Assembly: GCA_030390025.1 (NCBI GenBank)
Contig: CM059431.1
Span: 130,946,001-131,010,000 of the forward strand
From: Squalus acanthias
Lineage: Eukaryota
Length of the DNA: 64,000 nt
Direction: 5' to 3'
Part shown: positions 26,270 to 39,190 of the stretch, piece after piece
Numbering within the stretch: the stretch's first letter is position 1
How the letters are laid out: the number at the start of each line of letters is the position of its first letter
Position numbers and translations under genes: made by a program
The notes under the pieces: generated by a model
What the model was told of the DNA's origin: nothing
The model's input: only the letters and a program-made list of their open reading frames with translations
Database searches by the model: none

Positions 26270-28476
26270 AAAACAGAAAATGCTGGAGAACCTCAGCAGG
26301 TCAGGCAGCATCTGTGAAGAGAGAAACAGAGTTAACATTTCAGGTCGATGACCTTTTGTCAGAACTGGAAAAAGCAGGAAATGGAACAGATTTTTAAGCA
26401 AGTGTAGAGGCTGGAAAAGGGGGGAGGGGATGAAAGAACAAAAGGGAAGGTCTGTGATAGGATAGAAGGCGGAAGAGGTTAAGAGACATTAAGAGATATT
26501 CAAGGCAAAAGGAGATGGTAATGGGACAGGTTAAGAAACAAAGGATGGCTCTAGATGAAGTGTAAATTGCGCTGGCAGAATGGAAGACAGCTGCCATGTG
26601 GGGGGAGAAGAAAAAAAGACAGACAAAGAGTGTGGATAAAAAAAATATATATATATATGATAGGGACCGAGGTTATGATCTGAAATTGTTGAACTCTATG
26701 TTGAGTCCAGAGGGCTGTAAAGTGCCTAATCGAAAGATGAGGTGCTGTTCCTCGAGCTTACGCTGAGCTTCCATGGAACAATGCAAGAGGCCGAGGACGG
26801 TGAGATGTGAGTGGGAGTGAAGTGGTGAATTAAAGTGATAGGCGACCGGAAGCTCGGGGTCCCCCTTCCGGACTGAATGGAGGTGTTCCGCAAAGCGGTC
26901 ACCAATCTGCGTTTGGTCTCCCCAATGTAGAGGAGACCACATCGTGAGCAGCGAATACAGTATACTAAATTGCAAGAAGTACAAGTAAATCGCTGTTTCA
27001 CCTGGAAGGGGTGTTTGGGGCCCTGGACAGTGGGAAGGGGGGAGGTATAAGGGCATGTGTTGCATCTTCTGCGCTTGCACGGGAAGGTGCCGGGTGAAGG
27101 GGAAGGGGTGTTGGGGGTGATAGAGGAGTGGACTAGGGTGTCGCGGAGGGAGCAGTCCCTACGGAATGCTGAAAGGGGAGGTGAGGGGAAGATGCGTTTG
27201 GTGGTGGGATCACGCTGGAAGTGGCGGAAATGGCGGAGGATGATCCGTTGAATGTGGACGCTGGTGGGGTGAAAGGTGAGGACAAGGGGAACTCTGTCGT
27301 GGTTCTGGGAGGGAGGGGCAGGGGTGAGGGCAGAAGTGTGGGAGATAGAACGGACACGGTCAAGGGCCGTGTCAACCACTGTAGAGGGGAATCCTTGGTT
27401 GAGGAAAAAGGAAGACATGTCAGAAGCACTGGTATGGAAGGTGGCATTGTAAGAGCAGATGCGGCGGAGACGGAGAAACTGGGAGAATGGAATAGAGTCC
27501 TTACAGGAGGCAGGGTGGGAGGAAGTGTAGTCCAGGTAGCTGTGGGTGTCAGTGGGCTTGTAGTGAATGTTAGTCAATAACCTATCCCCAGAGATGGAGA
27601 CGGAGAAGTCGAGGAAGGGAAGGGAAGGGAAGAGTCGGAGATGGACCATGTGAAGGTGAGGGAAGGGTGGAAATTGGAAGCAAAGTGAATGAAATTATCT
27701 AGTTCAAGGCGAGAGTAGGAAACGGCACTGATACAGTCATCAATGTACTGGAAAAAGAGGTGAGGGAGGGGACCTGAGTAGGACTGGAACAAAGAGTGTT
27801 CCACATATCCCACAAAAAAGCAGACATAGCTAGGACCCATGCGGGTTCCCATAGCAACACCTTTGATTTGGAGGAAGTGAGTGGAGTCAAAGGAGAAGTT
27901 GTTCAATGTGAGAACAAGTTCAGCCAGGCGGAGGAGGGTGGTGGTGGTGGATGGGGACTGGTTGGGCCTCTGTTCAAGGAAGAAGCGGAGCGCCCTCAGG
28001 CCATCCTGGTGGGGGATGGAGGTATAGAGGGATTGTACGTCCATAGTGAAAAGGAGGCGGTTGGGGCCAGGAAACTGGAAACTGTTAAAGTGGCGGAAGG
28101 CGTCGGAAGAGTCGCGGATGTAGGTGGGAAGAGACTGGACAAGGGGAGAAAAAATAGAGTTGAGATAGGAAGAGATAAGTTCCGTGGGGCAAGAACAGGC
28201 TGAAACGATGGGTCTACCAGGGCAGTCCTGTTTGTGGATCTTGGGAAGGAGGTAGAAGCGGGCTGTGCGGGGTTGGGGAACTATGAGGTTGGCGGCCGTG
28301 GGGGGAAGATTTCCAGAGGAGATGAGGTCAGTGACAGTCTTGGAAATGATGGCTTGATGTTCAGTGGTGGGGTCATGGTCCAGGCAGAGGTAGGAGGAGG
28401 TGTCGGAGAGTTGGCGTTCAGCTTCTGCTAGGTAGAGGACAGTTCGCCAAACAACAACAGCACCACCCTTGTCAGC
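26270..28476 (-). mobile_element. Penelope-like element (RT plus GIY-YIG endonuclease), 5'-truncated
   Basis: PADKGG, YLLPKIHK, GVAMG, YIDD; CxxxxCxxC; NLVYCIRC..YIGET..RFAEH..GLN. 15-bp TSD agggtgggtgggatg (26255-26269, 28477-28491). Two frameshifts. Confidence 0.95.
26328..26368 (-). ncRNA. Minimal type-I hammerhead ribozyme motif (degenerate)
   Basis: Minus strand agtt-CTGACAA-a-aggtc-atc-gacct-GAAA-tgtt-aact; core CUGANGA mutated at G8. Confidence 0.65.
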
Positions 28477-29299
28477 AGGGTGGGTGGGATGTCTGCTCTC
28501 CACACCCGATGATGTCAGTGGTAGCCCGATCGAATTTTGTGGTTTGGTTTAATTTAAATATAGGTGGCAAGCTGCCAGTGCTAAACCTGCTCTCTTATAG
28601 GCAGCTCGCCATTTGGGAGGGCAGGAAATCTAGTGTGCATGCCGTTCCTTAAAGCAAACCTGCAGCTCTTAAATAAGAGGTGGTGGTGAGTGGAGAGTAC
28701 ATTGCTGAAGCAACCTGATAGAATAATGGTGGCCAGGGCATCTCAATTTTGGAGGTCCTCGTGCAGCAAGTGGGGCATAGGGAGGAGGTCCTCTATCCTT
28801 CAGATGGGTGAGGGATGCCCCAAAAAATTAACCAGGAGCAGTGGAGCGAGATGGCTGGGCAGGTCAATGCCGGCAGCATAGATCCTCGGGTGTGGCTGCA
28901 GTGCACGAAGAAATTTAATGACCTCTCTAAGATTGCTACAGTAAGACTCCTCTTCACATTTCACTCATTCTCTGTACAGTCCTGAAACACGAGACTTTAA
29001 TCCCAGCAATAGCAATCCTTCGCTCCCCCGCTTCACAAGCCTCGCCTCCAATCACTGTGGAACACATCACTATACCTCCTTCTGCTTTCACTCACACATT
29101 CAATACGTGCTATTGCCCTCACAGATGATTTCTGCTTCTTGCCCACACTCACTGCTTCTTGGACACAACATGTACACTATGCTAAGCTGCCTTACACATC
29201 TTCAGAACCCTTCAACAGGGCACAGACAAACCCAATTCCATACTTCTTGCAGAGGAAGAGCCACCCAATTGCCAGTGGCTCGTTGGTCTTGGGGTATGA

Positions 29300-31040
29300 T
29301 TCTTGTTTAGGGAGTTTCATTGATTGATATACGAGAGTTCTTGTGTCACTATTTAGTGGGACAAGTATGGCATGTTTCAGTGGGAGAGCATTTGGGGAAC
29401 AGTGATCAAAATAACAAATTTAGAATAGAGATGGAAAAGGACAAGGTACAATCAAGCATAAAAATACTTAACTGGAGGAGGGCTAACTTCAGTGAGTTGA
29501 ACAGGGATCTGGCCCAGGTAGATTGGAATCAAATATTGGTCAGCAAAACAGTAATTGAACAATGGGAGGCCTTCAAAGAGGAAATGTTTCGGGTACCGAG
29601 TAGACACGTTCCATGGAGGGGGAAGGGCATCCAAAGCCAGAGCTCCCTGAATGACTAAAGATATAGAGGTTAAAATGACACATGAAACAGCAGGCTTATG
29701 ACAATTGTAAGGTAATAATACAGTAGAGAACCAAGCTGAATATAGAAAGTACAGAGGAGATCTAAAAAAGGGAATAAGAGGGGCAAAGAGAGAGTATGAG
29801 AATAGATTAGTGGCTGACATAAAAGGGAACCCAAAAGTCTTTAATAAACACATAAGTAGTAAAAGGGTAGTCAAAGGAAGGGTGGGGCCAATTAGGGACC
29901 AAAAAGGAGATCTTCTTGTGGAGGCAGAGGGCATGGCTGAGGTACTAAATGAGTATTTTGCATCTGTCTTCACTAGAGAAGAGGATGCTGCCAATATAGC
30001 AGTAAAGGAGGAGGCAGTAGCGATATTGGATGGGATAAAAATAGATAAAGAGGAGGTACTTAAATAGTTGAGAGTTCTCAAAGTAGAAAAGTCACCTGGT
30101 CCAGATGGGATGCATCCTAGGATAGTGAGGGTGGAAATTGTAGAGGCTCTGGCCACAATCTTCCAATCCTCCTTGGATATGGGGTGGTGCCAGAGAACTG
30201 GAGGATTGCAAATGTTACACCCCTGTTTATAAAGGGACGAGGGATACACTCGGCAACTACAGGCCAGTCAGCTTAACGTCGGTGGTGGGAAACTTTTAGA
30301 GTCAATATTCCAGGACAAAATTAATTGGCATTTGGAAAAAAATGGGCTGATAAATGAAAGTCAGCACGATTTGTTAAAGGCAAATCATGTTTGACTAACT
30401 TGATTGAATTCTTTGATGAAATAACAGAGAGGGTTGATGAGGGTAGTGCAGTTGATGTGTATATGGACTTTCAAAAGACATTTGACAAAATCCCACGTAA
30501 TAGCAAAATTAAAACCCATGTGATTAAAGGGACAGTGGCAGCATGGATACAAAATTGGCTAAGGGACAGAAAGCAGAGAGTAGTGGTGAATGGTTGTTTT
30601 TCAGATTGGAGGGAAGTATAAAATGGTGTTCCCAGGGGTCAGTCATAGGACCACTGCTCTTTATGATATATATTAATGACCTGGACTTGGGTACACAGGG
30701 CATAATTTCAAAGTTTTCAGATGAAATGAAACTCAGAAATGTAGTAAACAATGAGGAGGATAGTAACAGACTTCAGGAGGACATAGGTGAGTAAAAGGGG
30801 CAGACACATGGCAGATGATATTTAACGCAAAGAAGTGTGACGTGATACATTTTGATAGGAAGAATGAGGAGAGGTAATATGAACTAAATGGTACAATTTT
30901 AAAGGGGGTGCAGGAACAGAGAGACCTGGGGGTATACATACTCAAGTCTTTGAAGGTGGCAGGACAAGTTGAGAAGGCTGTTAAAAAAGCATATGGGATA
31001 CTTGGCTTTATGAATAGAGGAATAGAGTACAAAAGCAAGT
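29300..31040 (+). mobile_element. CR1 LINE fragment (degraded RT)
   Basis: LTNLIEFF..DVYMDFQKTFDK; KQRVVVNG; multiple frameshifts. Confidence 0.9.
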
Positions 31041-31045
31041 AAGTT

Positions 31046-31514
31046 ACGAATTTTTTCCGGCACTGCATCCAGGTCCTTGGGGCTTGACTGCTGGCATTGA
31101 CCTCTCTCCTCTTGTCCACCTCCTCCAACAAGGCCTCGAGTGCAGCGTCTGAGAACCTTGGAGCATGCTGTCTCCCCATTGCGCCATTAATCAGTGTTCT
31201 TGCAGGCCAGACTCTCTTCCCCAGCTACTTCCAGCACCTGCTCAAGACAAAATGCACCTCCCCTTTAAGAGGTGCAAGCTGGCTTTAAGTATTGCAGGCT
31301 AGCTTTAAGTGGTTTTTGCCTCACACGAACTTGGGTTCCCTGCTGAGGCGTTCAGCCACTCAACAGAGCATTTAGCACTGCCTCAACGCTGCAATCATTT
31401 AAATTAGCAGGCAGCACAAAGTTTGCGTGCTGCCTGCATTGGAAGCAATGGCTGCGGGTTAATCACGCATCGCGATCCCCACGCCCGTTTTCAGGGTTAT
31501 CGCATTTAGCCCCC
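31046..31514 (-). mobile_element. Harbinger end with internally deleted Myb exon
   Basis: MGRQHAPRFSDAALEALLEEV..RTWMQCRKKF; TIR-like gggggctaaat at 31514. Confidence 0.7.
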
Positions 31515-34146
31515 TCTGTTTCTAACCTACCAAATTCCATTATCATTTTAAACACCTTTGTAATATATGTGGGTAGAACAAATGAAGGACAGAGACACGA
31601 TGAGTTGCTAGTCAAGGTGCTTGTTTACTAGGCCAGAGCGAACTGAGCATGCTCATACTAAACCATGTGACAAACTGCTTTCCCCTAAAAGAAAATTACA
31701 TATTCCCCTCTCAAATACAACAAAACTATGGTCCCACCATTCCCAGCATTGCATGTACCACATAACAAAAACTCCTGGCTTTTTTTCTTTTAAATCAACT
31801 ACAAATGATACAAATGAACTACAAATCCAGTTTAATAACAGGTTTGTGGAGCCTTCCTGATCTGCTTAGAAAAGGTTTTGGTGTTGAACCAATTTTCAGG
31901 CTGTTCTGGTTACGAACTCAAAGATGATCCTGTTTCTATCTCAGATTTGTTTGAACCTGGTACTTCAGTTTCTGAAGTCTGAACGGAGTCAAACTCATGT
32001 ATGTGTTCATGATCACGTCTTGGTTCATCTCTAGCAGAGATCATTTGACCTACATGAATACTTCGGATGTGGTCGTAAATATCTCTTGATTCCACCAACC
32101 TCTACTATGGTTCCTATATCCCACTTGTGTGAACTTGACTTGCCAGAGCAACTGAGAACACGAACACACTCGTTTTGTCTGAAACTGTGTTCTTTCTGAT
32201 TGCTGTCATAATAACGTTCCTGACTCAACTGTTTCTGTTCAACTCTTGAGGCCAAATTTTGTTGAACAAGACTCAATCATGTTCTCAATCTCCTCTTCAT
32301 CAAGAGTTCTGCTGGGGTATGTCCAGTTGCAGTGTGCGGAGTAGTTCTGTACTTCAGCAAGAAATTTGTCAAATGTTGCTTCATGCTGAGTCCCGAACAA
32401 CCCTGCAATACTTGCTCTTTGAGAGCTTCTTTTACTATTCTGACTGACCTTTTGGCTGCTCTGTTTGAAGCTGGATGATATGCTAGAATGAGAGTGTGTT
32501 TGATACCGTTCCATTTCATTACTGTTGGATAGAGCAGAACGGAACTGAGGGCCATTGTCAGAAACAAGCTCTTCAGGTAAGCCATGACATGCGAAGATAG
32601 ACCTCAACTCATCTATGGTACGTTCAGTTGTAGTATTTGAACCCATATGTTTCACTTCAATCCACTTTGAGTGATTATCTACAAGTACCAGGAAATAATC
32701 ATTTGCTTTCTCACAGAAGTATACATGTACTCTCTGAAAAGGTCTACTTGGCCATGACCAGGGTTGTAGTGGAGTTTTACGTGGTTTGTTTCTGAAATTT
32801 TGGCAAACGCTGCATTTACTGACAAGTGACTCAAGATCACTGTCCAATCCAGGCCAGTAAACAAAGCTTCTTGCAATTGATTTCATACTGACGATCCCTG
32901 GATGTTCAGTATGAAGTTTGGCCAGAATTCTATCTCTCAAAGAAGTAGGTACCACCACTCTGTTTCCCCACTTAATACAATCTTGCTCACAAGACAATTC
33001 AGTCCAACGGTTATGGAATGGTTTCAATTCTGTGTCCATACACTGATCAGTCCATCCATTCTAGGTGTTTTCGTACACTCTTTTCAGTACTGAGTCCTTT
33101 TGAGTCTCATTTGCATTCATGGGAAAGTCTTTGTCAACTGCACTAAGCGTGAAAATCTCACCCTCACTCCCAACACATGAGTCTTCATGTGGCAACCTGG
33201 ACAAGGCATCTGCGATTGCGTTTTGCTTTGAAGTGCGATATTCAGTCGTGTAGTCATATTGTGACAACAACACTGCCCAATGTTGCATTCTTGATGTGGC
33301 CATTGCAGGGATGGCAGATTTGGGCCCCAATATTGCTAGAAGTGGTCTGTGATCGGTTATCAGGATAAACTTTCTGCCGATCAGGAACTGTTGAAATTTC
33401 TTGATTCCAAACACTATGGCAAGTGCTTCCTTTTCAATTTGCATGCAGTTTCTTTCGCTCCTTGTGAGGGTTCGCAATGCGAACGCGATTGGTTTCTCTT
33501 GGCCATCATCCATTACGTGGCTTATGACAGCTCCCACACCATAGGTAGAAGCATCACATGCTAACTTAAGCTCACGCTCTGTATCGTAGTGCATAAGTAG
33601 AGCATCGCTAGAGAGACTTCCCTTACAAGCATCGTAAGCTTCCTGTTGCGCTTTTGTCCACTTCCACTGGACAACCTTCTTGAGGAGCTCGTGCAATGGA
33701 GCTAACATGGTCACTAACTCAGGTAAGAAACGTGCGTAGTACTGGACCATTCCAAGGAAAGATCTTAACTCAGACAAGTTCTGTGACTTTGGAGCATTGA
33801 TGACAGCATCTACCTTTTCCTTAACTGGTTGCAAGCCATTTGCATCAACTTTCAGACCAAGGTACACAACCTCGGGCTGCACAAAAGCACATTTGCTCCT
33901 TTTCAATTTGACATTGTGGGCAATCAACCTTTGAAGCACTATATCTAACACTTCTAGATTTTCTTCCTCGCTGCTTGCTGCGATCAGCACATCATCTTGA
34001 TTGCGTAAGCAATTTGGAATTCCTTGCAAAATCTTATCCATCGTAGCCTGGAAGATTTTGGGGGAGGACTTTACACCATATGGCAGCTTGGTGTATGAGT
34101 ACAGTCCCTTGTGTGTGTTGATAGAGAGATACTGTTGACTCTCTTT

Positions 34147-35087
34147 AAATATAAGGGGTATGATTAAGAAGTTTGCAGATGATACTAAAATCGGCTGTGT
34201 GGTTGATACTGAAGAAGGAAGCTGTAGACTGCAGGAAGATATCAATAAATTGGTCAGGTGGGCAGAACAGTGGCAAATGGAATTCAATCCGGAGAAGTGT
34301 GAGGTAATGCATTTGGGGAGGGCTAACAAGGAAAGGGAATACACATTAAATGGTAGGACACTGAGTAGTGTAGAGGAACAAAGGGACCTTGGAGTGCATG
34401 TCCACAGATCCCTGAAGGTAGCAGGCCAAGTAGATAAGATGGTTAAGAAAGCATACGGAATGCTTGCCCTTATTAGCCGTAGCATAGAATACAAGAGCAG
34501 GGGGGTTATGCTTCAACTGTATAAAACACTAGTTAGGCCTCAGCTAGAGTACTGCGTGCAGTTCTGGTCACCACATTACAGGAAAGATGTGATTGCACGA
34601 GAGAGGGTACAGAGGAGATTTACAAGGATGTTGCTGGGAGTAGAGAATCTTAGCTATGAGGAAAGCCTGGTTAGCTGGGTCTGTTTTCCTTGGAACAGAG
34701 GAGGCTGAGGGGAGACCTTATTGAGGTGTATAAAATTATGAGGGGCATAGATAACGTGGATAGAAAGGACCTATTTCCCTTAACAGAGGGGTCAAAAACC
34801 AGGGGGCACAGATTTAAAGTAATTGGTGGAAGGTTTAGAGGGGATTTGAGGGGAAATTTCTTCACCCAGAGGGTTATGGGAGTCTGGAACTCACTGCCTG
34901 AAAGGGTGGGAGAGGCAGGAACTCTAACCACATTTAAGAAGTACTTGGATGTGCACTTGGGAGGCTCTAACCTGCAGGGCTACGGACCAAGAGCTGGGAG
35001 GTGGGATTAGGCTGGATAGCTCTTTGTTGGCCGGCGCGGACACGATGGGCTGAAATGGCCTCCTTCCGTGCTGTAACTTTCTATGAT
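34147..35087 (+). mobile_element. CR1 3' fragment inserted in Gypsy A RT
   Basis: KFADDTK..RPQLEYCVQFW..NFFTQRV with tail; Gypsy frame LDLSHAYTQLNV|KESQQYL rejoins across it. Confidence 0.9.
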
Positions 35088-37005
35088 TCTACATTTAGCT
35101 GAGTGTAGGCATGTGACAGGTCAAGCTTGGAGAAAACCTTTGACCAAGAGAGTGCTGCATACAAATCTTGCAATGTAGGTAACGGGTACTGCTCATCGTC
35201 AATTGCTTGGTTAATAGTCACTTTGTAGTCACCGCACAAGCGTACAGTTTTGTTTACCACGATCAGGGTAGCCCATTCACTTTTGTCAGTTTTTACTAGC
35301 ATCCGTTCTCTCTCAGTTTCTCTAGCTCTTCCTCCACCTGACTTTTCAATGCATAGGGGACTGGCCTTGCCTTACAATAGATAGGCTTCGCGTTGGACTT
35401 GATGCGGATATGCGCGTCATACCCAGTGGTGTCCTCATAACTGTCTGTGTACATGCATTTGTACTTGTTCAGCATTGTGTCAAGTTGCTTCTTTGAAGCA
35501 TTTACACTGAAGATGTTTTTCCAGTCTAGTTTTAACTTTCTCAACCAGTCTTTGCCCATGAGGGTTGGCCTGTTGTTGTAGCTCGCTACAATAATGGGCA
35601 GCTTTACTGACTGGCCATTGTGTTGAACTGTACATTCCATTTGTCCACATGTTTCTAGGATTTCTCCAGAGTAGGTTTTTAACTCTGCGGTACTCTTTGT
35701 AAATGGTATTTGATTAAACTTACTCTCATATGTGTCCTTACTCATGATAGAGCAGTCTGCCACCGTGTCAATACATATCTCAATATATTGGTCATTGATC
35801 AAAAGTTTTGTACGGAAGTCTTTCTCACACCTGCTAGTGTTGCCGTTAGTGACATAGATACTGTAGATGTCTAGTTCTTCAACAGCAAGTGTGTTCACTT
35901 CAATATTGTGAATTCCTCCCTTTTGTTGTTGAAGCTTTTCATTGCCATGAGAATGGTTCTTTCTTCCTGCTTTCAATCTAGCTTTGCAAGCTGTTGAAAT
36001 ATGGTCTTGTTTCTGGCAGTGAAAGCACTTCACATTTCTGTACTGCATGACTGTGGTGAGTGATTTCCATTGCAGTGATAACAATTCACTGAACTGCTCT
36101 CATTGACATGCTTTTGACTTGCTCTCACAACTTTATGTTTGGCGGTGGTTTTGTGACTGTCGACTTCAGCTGCACTAGTCACTTGAGTTGGACGGAGCTC
36201 CCTAGCATTCTTAGATGCCATCTCCATAGATAGGGCAATTTTGCATGCTATGTCAAATGTTAGGTTCGGAGTGTTCAGTAATTTGGACTGTGTGCGCTCA
36301 TCCACCAGTCCACGCATAAACTTATCTCGTAACACACGATCCAAAAATGTGCCAAAGTTACAATACAAAGACAGGTTTTTAAGAGCTACAATGTACTCAC
36401 TGATGGCTTCACTTTGCTTTTGGTTTCTGGTACCAAACTTATAGCTCTCTGCTATTTCTAATGGCTTTGGGTCGAAATGGTCCTCGAGTTTCTTGACAAT
36501 GTCTTCAAACGATACACCCATCGCTTTCCCTGATGCGTGTAGGTTTGTTAATGTTCTGTAGACATCTGGCCCGATCTCCGTTAGAAAAATTGCTTTTTTA
36601 CGTTCACGAGTTAATTTATTTTGACCTTGAACATTCTCATCTGCACCTTCGGTCTCAATAATGTTATTGGCTTAAAAAACATCTCAATCCACTCAATGTA
36701 AGAACTGAATGGTTCGCGAGCTCGGTCATACATGCCGAGGCTTCCGATGAATCCCATAGGCGCGGCCATGATTGTCCCGATCCCATTGAACAGTGACTCA
36801 GCATGCTACCTGTGTACCTGTGAGAATCAATGACATTGTTGCTGTGTATACATGCACGCGAAGGCGAAGCACAGATGATTCTGCATCAGCATTAACAGTA
36901 AAACATCGCAAAAAATTCAGTTTAGGTGTCACAAATTCACCTTAAACTTTTTCACTCAAAGGTTGAACACTGTGTCCTTCCATGATCCCTAAAAATAGTT
37001 TTGGG

Positions 37006-37023
37006 ATCCCATTCTCATCGCCA
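37006..37023 (-). promoter_or_regulatory. Primer-binding site complementary to tRNA-Ser(GCU)
   Basis: TGGCGATGAGAATGGGAT, 4 nt from the 5' LTR; 16/18 match to the complement of the recalled tRNA-Ser(GCU) 3' end ATCCCATCCTCGTCGCCA. Confidence 0.75.
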
Positions 37024-37151
37024 AAAATGTAATATATGTGGGTAGACCAAATTAAGGACAGAGACACCATGAGTTGCTAGTCAAGGTGCTTGTTTACTAG
37101 GCCAGAGCGAACTGAGCATGCTCATACTAAACCATGTGACAAACCATTACA

Positions 37152-38130
37152 ACCTTTATAAGATCACCCCTCAACCTTATAAACTCAATGGAATACAAAC
37201 TACATTTAAGCAACCTGTCCTCATAATTCAACCCTTTAAACCCTGGTATCATTCTGGTGAATCTGCACTGTACCTGTAATATATTATTCCTAAAACTAAA
37301 CCCAATATTCCAGATGGGGTCTGACCAAGGCTCTGTACAACTGAAGCATAACTTCATCCTCTTTGTATTTCAGCCCACTTGAGGTGAAGGCCAACATTCC
37401 ATTAGCCATTTTGATTACTTCTTGTAGCTGTGCACTAGCTTTTAGTGATTTGGTACATTGACACCTAAATCTCATTGCTTCTCCACAGCTCCTAGTCTCT
37501 CAACATTAAGAAAATATTCCAAATTATCTTTCTTGGATTCAAAGTGGATGACCTCACATTTCTCCACATTGAAATCCATCTGCCATAATTTTGCAGATGA
37601 ACATAAGCTATGTCCCTTTGTAACTTCTTGCCTCCATCAACACAACTTACTATGCCTCCTAACTTAGTGTCATCTGCAAACTTGATTAAACAACTCTATT
37701 CCTTCATCCAAGCCAAAAATATATAATGGTGAAAAGTTGAGGCACCAGTGCAGATCCCTGGGGAACACTACTTGTCACATCCTGCCAATCAGAGAACGTT
37801 TCTTTTATCCCTACTCTGTGTCTCCTACCTCCCAACTAATTACCAACTTATGTCGCAAGATTACCTCCACTACTGTGTGCTTTCATTTTGGATAATCTCT
37901 TGTGCAGAACCTTATCAAATGCCTTATGAAAGCCCATGTCAACAACATCCATAGACACGCCCCTATTCTCCATGTCAGTGACATTCTTAAAACATCCAAC
38001 TAGATTAATCAAACATGACCTACCCTTCACAAATCCCTGATGATTCTCTTTGATCAGCTCATACTTTTCCAGGTGCTCAGTCTCTTTCTCCCTGATGATA
38101 GATTCCAATAGCTTGCCCACAACATCTATC
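37152..38130 (-). mobile_element. Old CR1 fragment (host of Gypsy A; left remnant 31515-31558)
   Basis: RLRGDLI, MGFHKAFDKV, GKLLESII motifs. Confidence 0.8.
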
Positions 38131-39190
38131 TGGTCTCCCAGCATGTCAGTTTGCTCCTTCTTCCATTTGTTGCTGCTCTTATTCCTCTAGCTAGGGTGGA
38201 ATTCCGAGAAGGACCCTCATGTAGGAAAAAGTATGTTCCCAGAAGCCCCTTCAGATTTCAGAAGTTTGTACAGCCACTACAAGCACTTTAAAATGATCTA
38301 AGTAGCCAAAAAACACTATAAATGACCAACAAATATCTCCTACACAGATATAGCATTTTAAATGAGAGCAGATGAGGATCCCTTTAAATAACGCTGGAAA
38401 TGGTCACCTCCTGACCTGTACCATCCATGATTCGTGGGCGGGTTCAGGGGGTAGTAATGGGAGCATTGATGGGCATGAATATCACATTTGACCCCTATTT
38501 GAATAAATTCTTTGGGCCCTCGTCTGTTCCTGGTGGAAGCACTGGCCGCTTAAATCGAGATCCACCCAAAAAAATCCGAACTGGTGGACCTCCAGTAGTA
38601 AGTTGTGTTTTTCGTGTCGATTTTCATTTTACCACAGGTGTAATTGGGACTGTAGTGAGTTGAACCAGAAGAAATATATTTCCTTATTCCCGCTGTCAAA
38701 ATATAATATTTTTATAAATCTCTTATTAAATCTCCTCTTAACCTTCTCTGCTCCAGTGAAAATAGTCCCAGCTCTTTTTGGTAATGCCGTTTTCTTAAAA
38801 GAAAACTGCACAAAGTACTCTCATGTGGTTTAACCAATATTTTGTATGAATTCATCATTATTTCTTAACCTTTCTACTCAGTGTCCCTATTTATAAAAAG
38901 TAAAATTCAGTTGACTTTTTCCCAAAGGAAAGTTTTTAATGTATTCTCTCACACTTAAGTGAAAGTGTAGTGATGTGCTTCAGTAAGTAACTCCCTGATA
39001 CCAGGTCAATCAGTGTATTAATATGCTGAACTCTCATTAAGAAACAGAGCGATATGGATGAATATTGTCCCACACAAATATTTAAAGGAGGATACTGCAG
39101 GAAATATTACCTGTGCTGAATATTAACACGTTTATATTGATATATTTTAAGATGAATTTTCAGATATTGTGTAACCTGGTTAAACATATT

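Larger units (their letters stand above)
26220..29250 (+). mobile_element. Harbinger-like element 5' part with degraded Myb exon (host of Penelope)
   Basis: Starts ggggtaatttt; around 28740-28940 reads EVLVQQV..EQWSEMAGQVNA..RVWLQCTKKFNDL followed by gtaag. Confidence 0.6.
31559..37151 (-). mobile_element. Gypsy LTR retrotransposon A, full-length but degraded
   Basis: LTRs 31559-31700 and 37028-37151 (TGTAAT..ATTACA); ACCTT TSD; gag from ATG at 36769 with CCHC-like motifs, protease DTVA, RT, RNase H (LACDAS, TDH, ADALSR), integrase HPG/CxxC; PPT next to 31700. Confidence 0.95.

Noticed and set aside
33061..34494. 477-aa ORF as one protein
   Set aside because: It is antisense CR1 fused by chance to Gypsy RT/RNase H.
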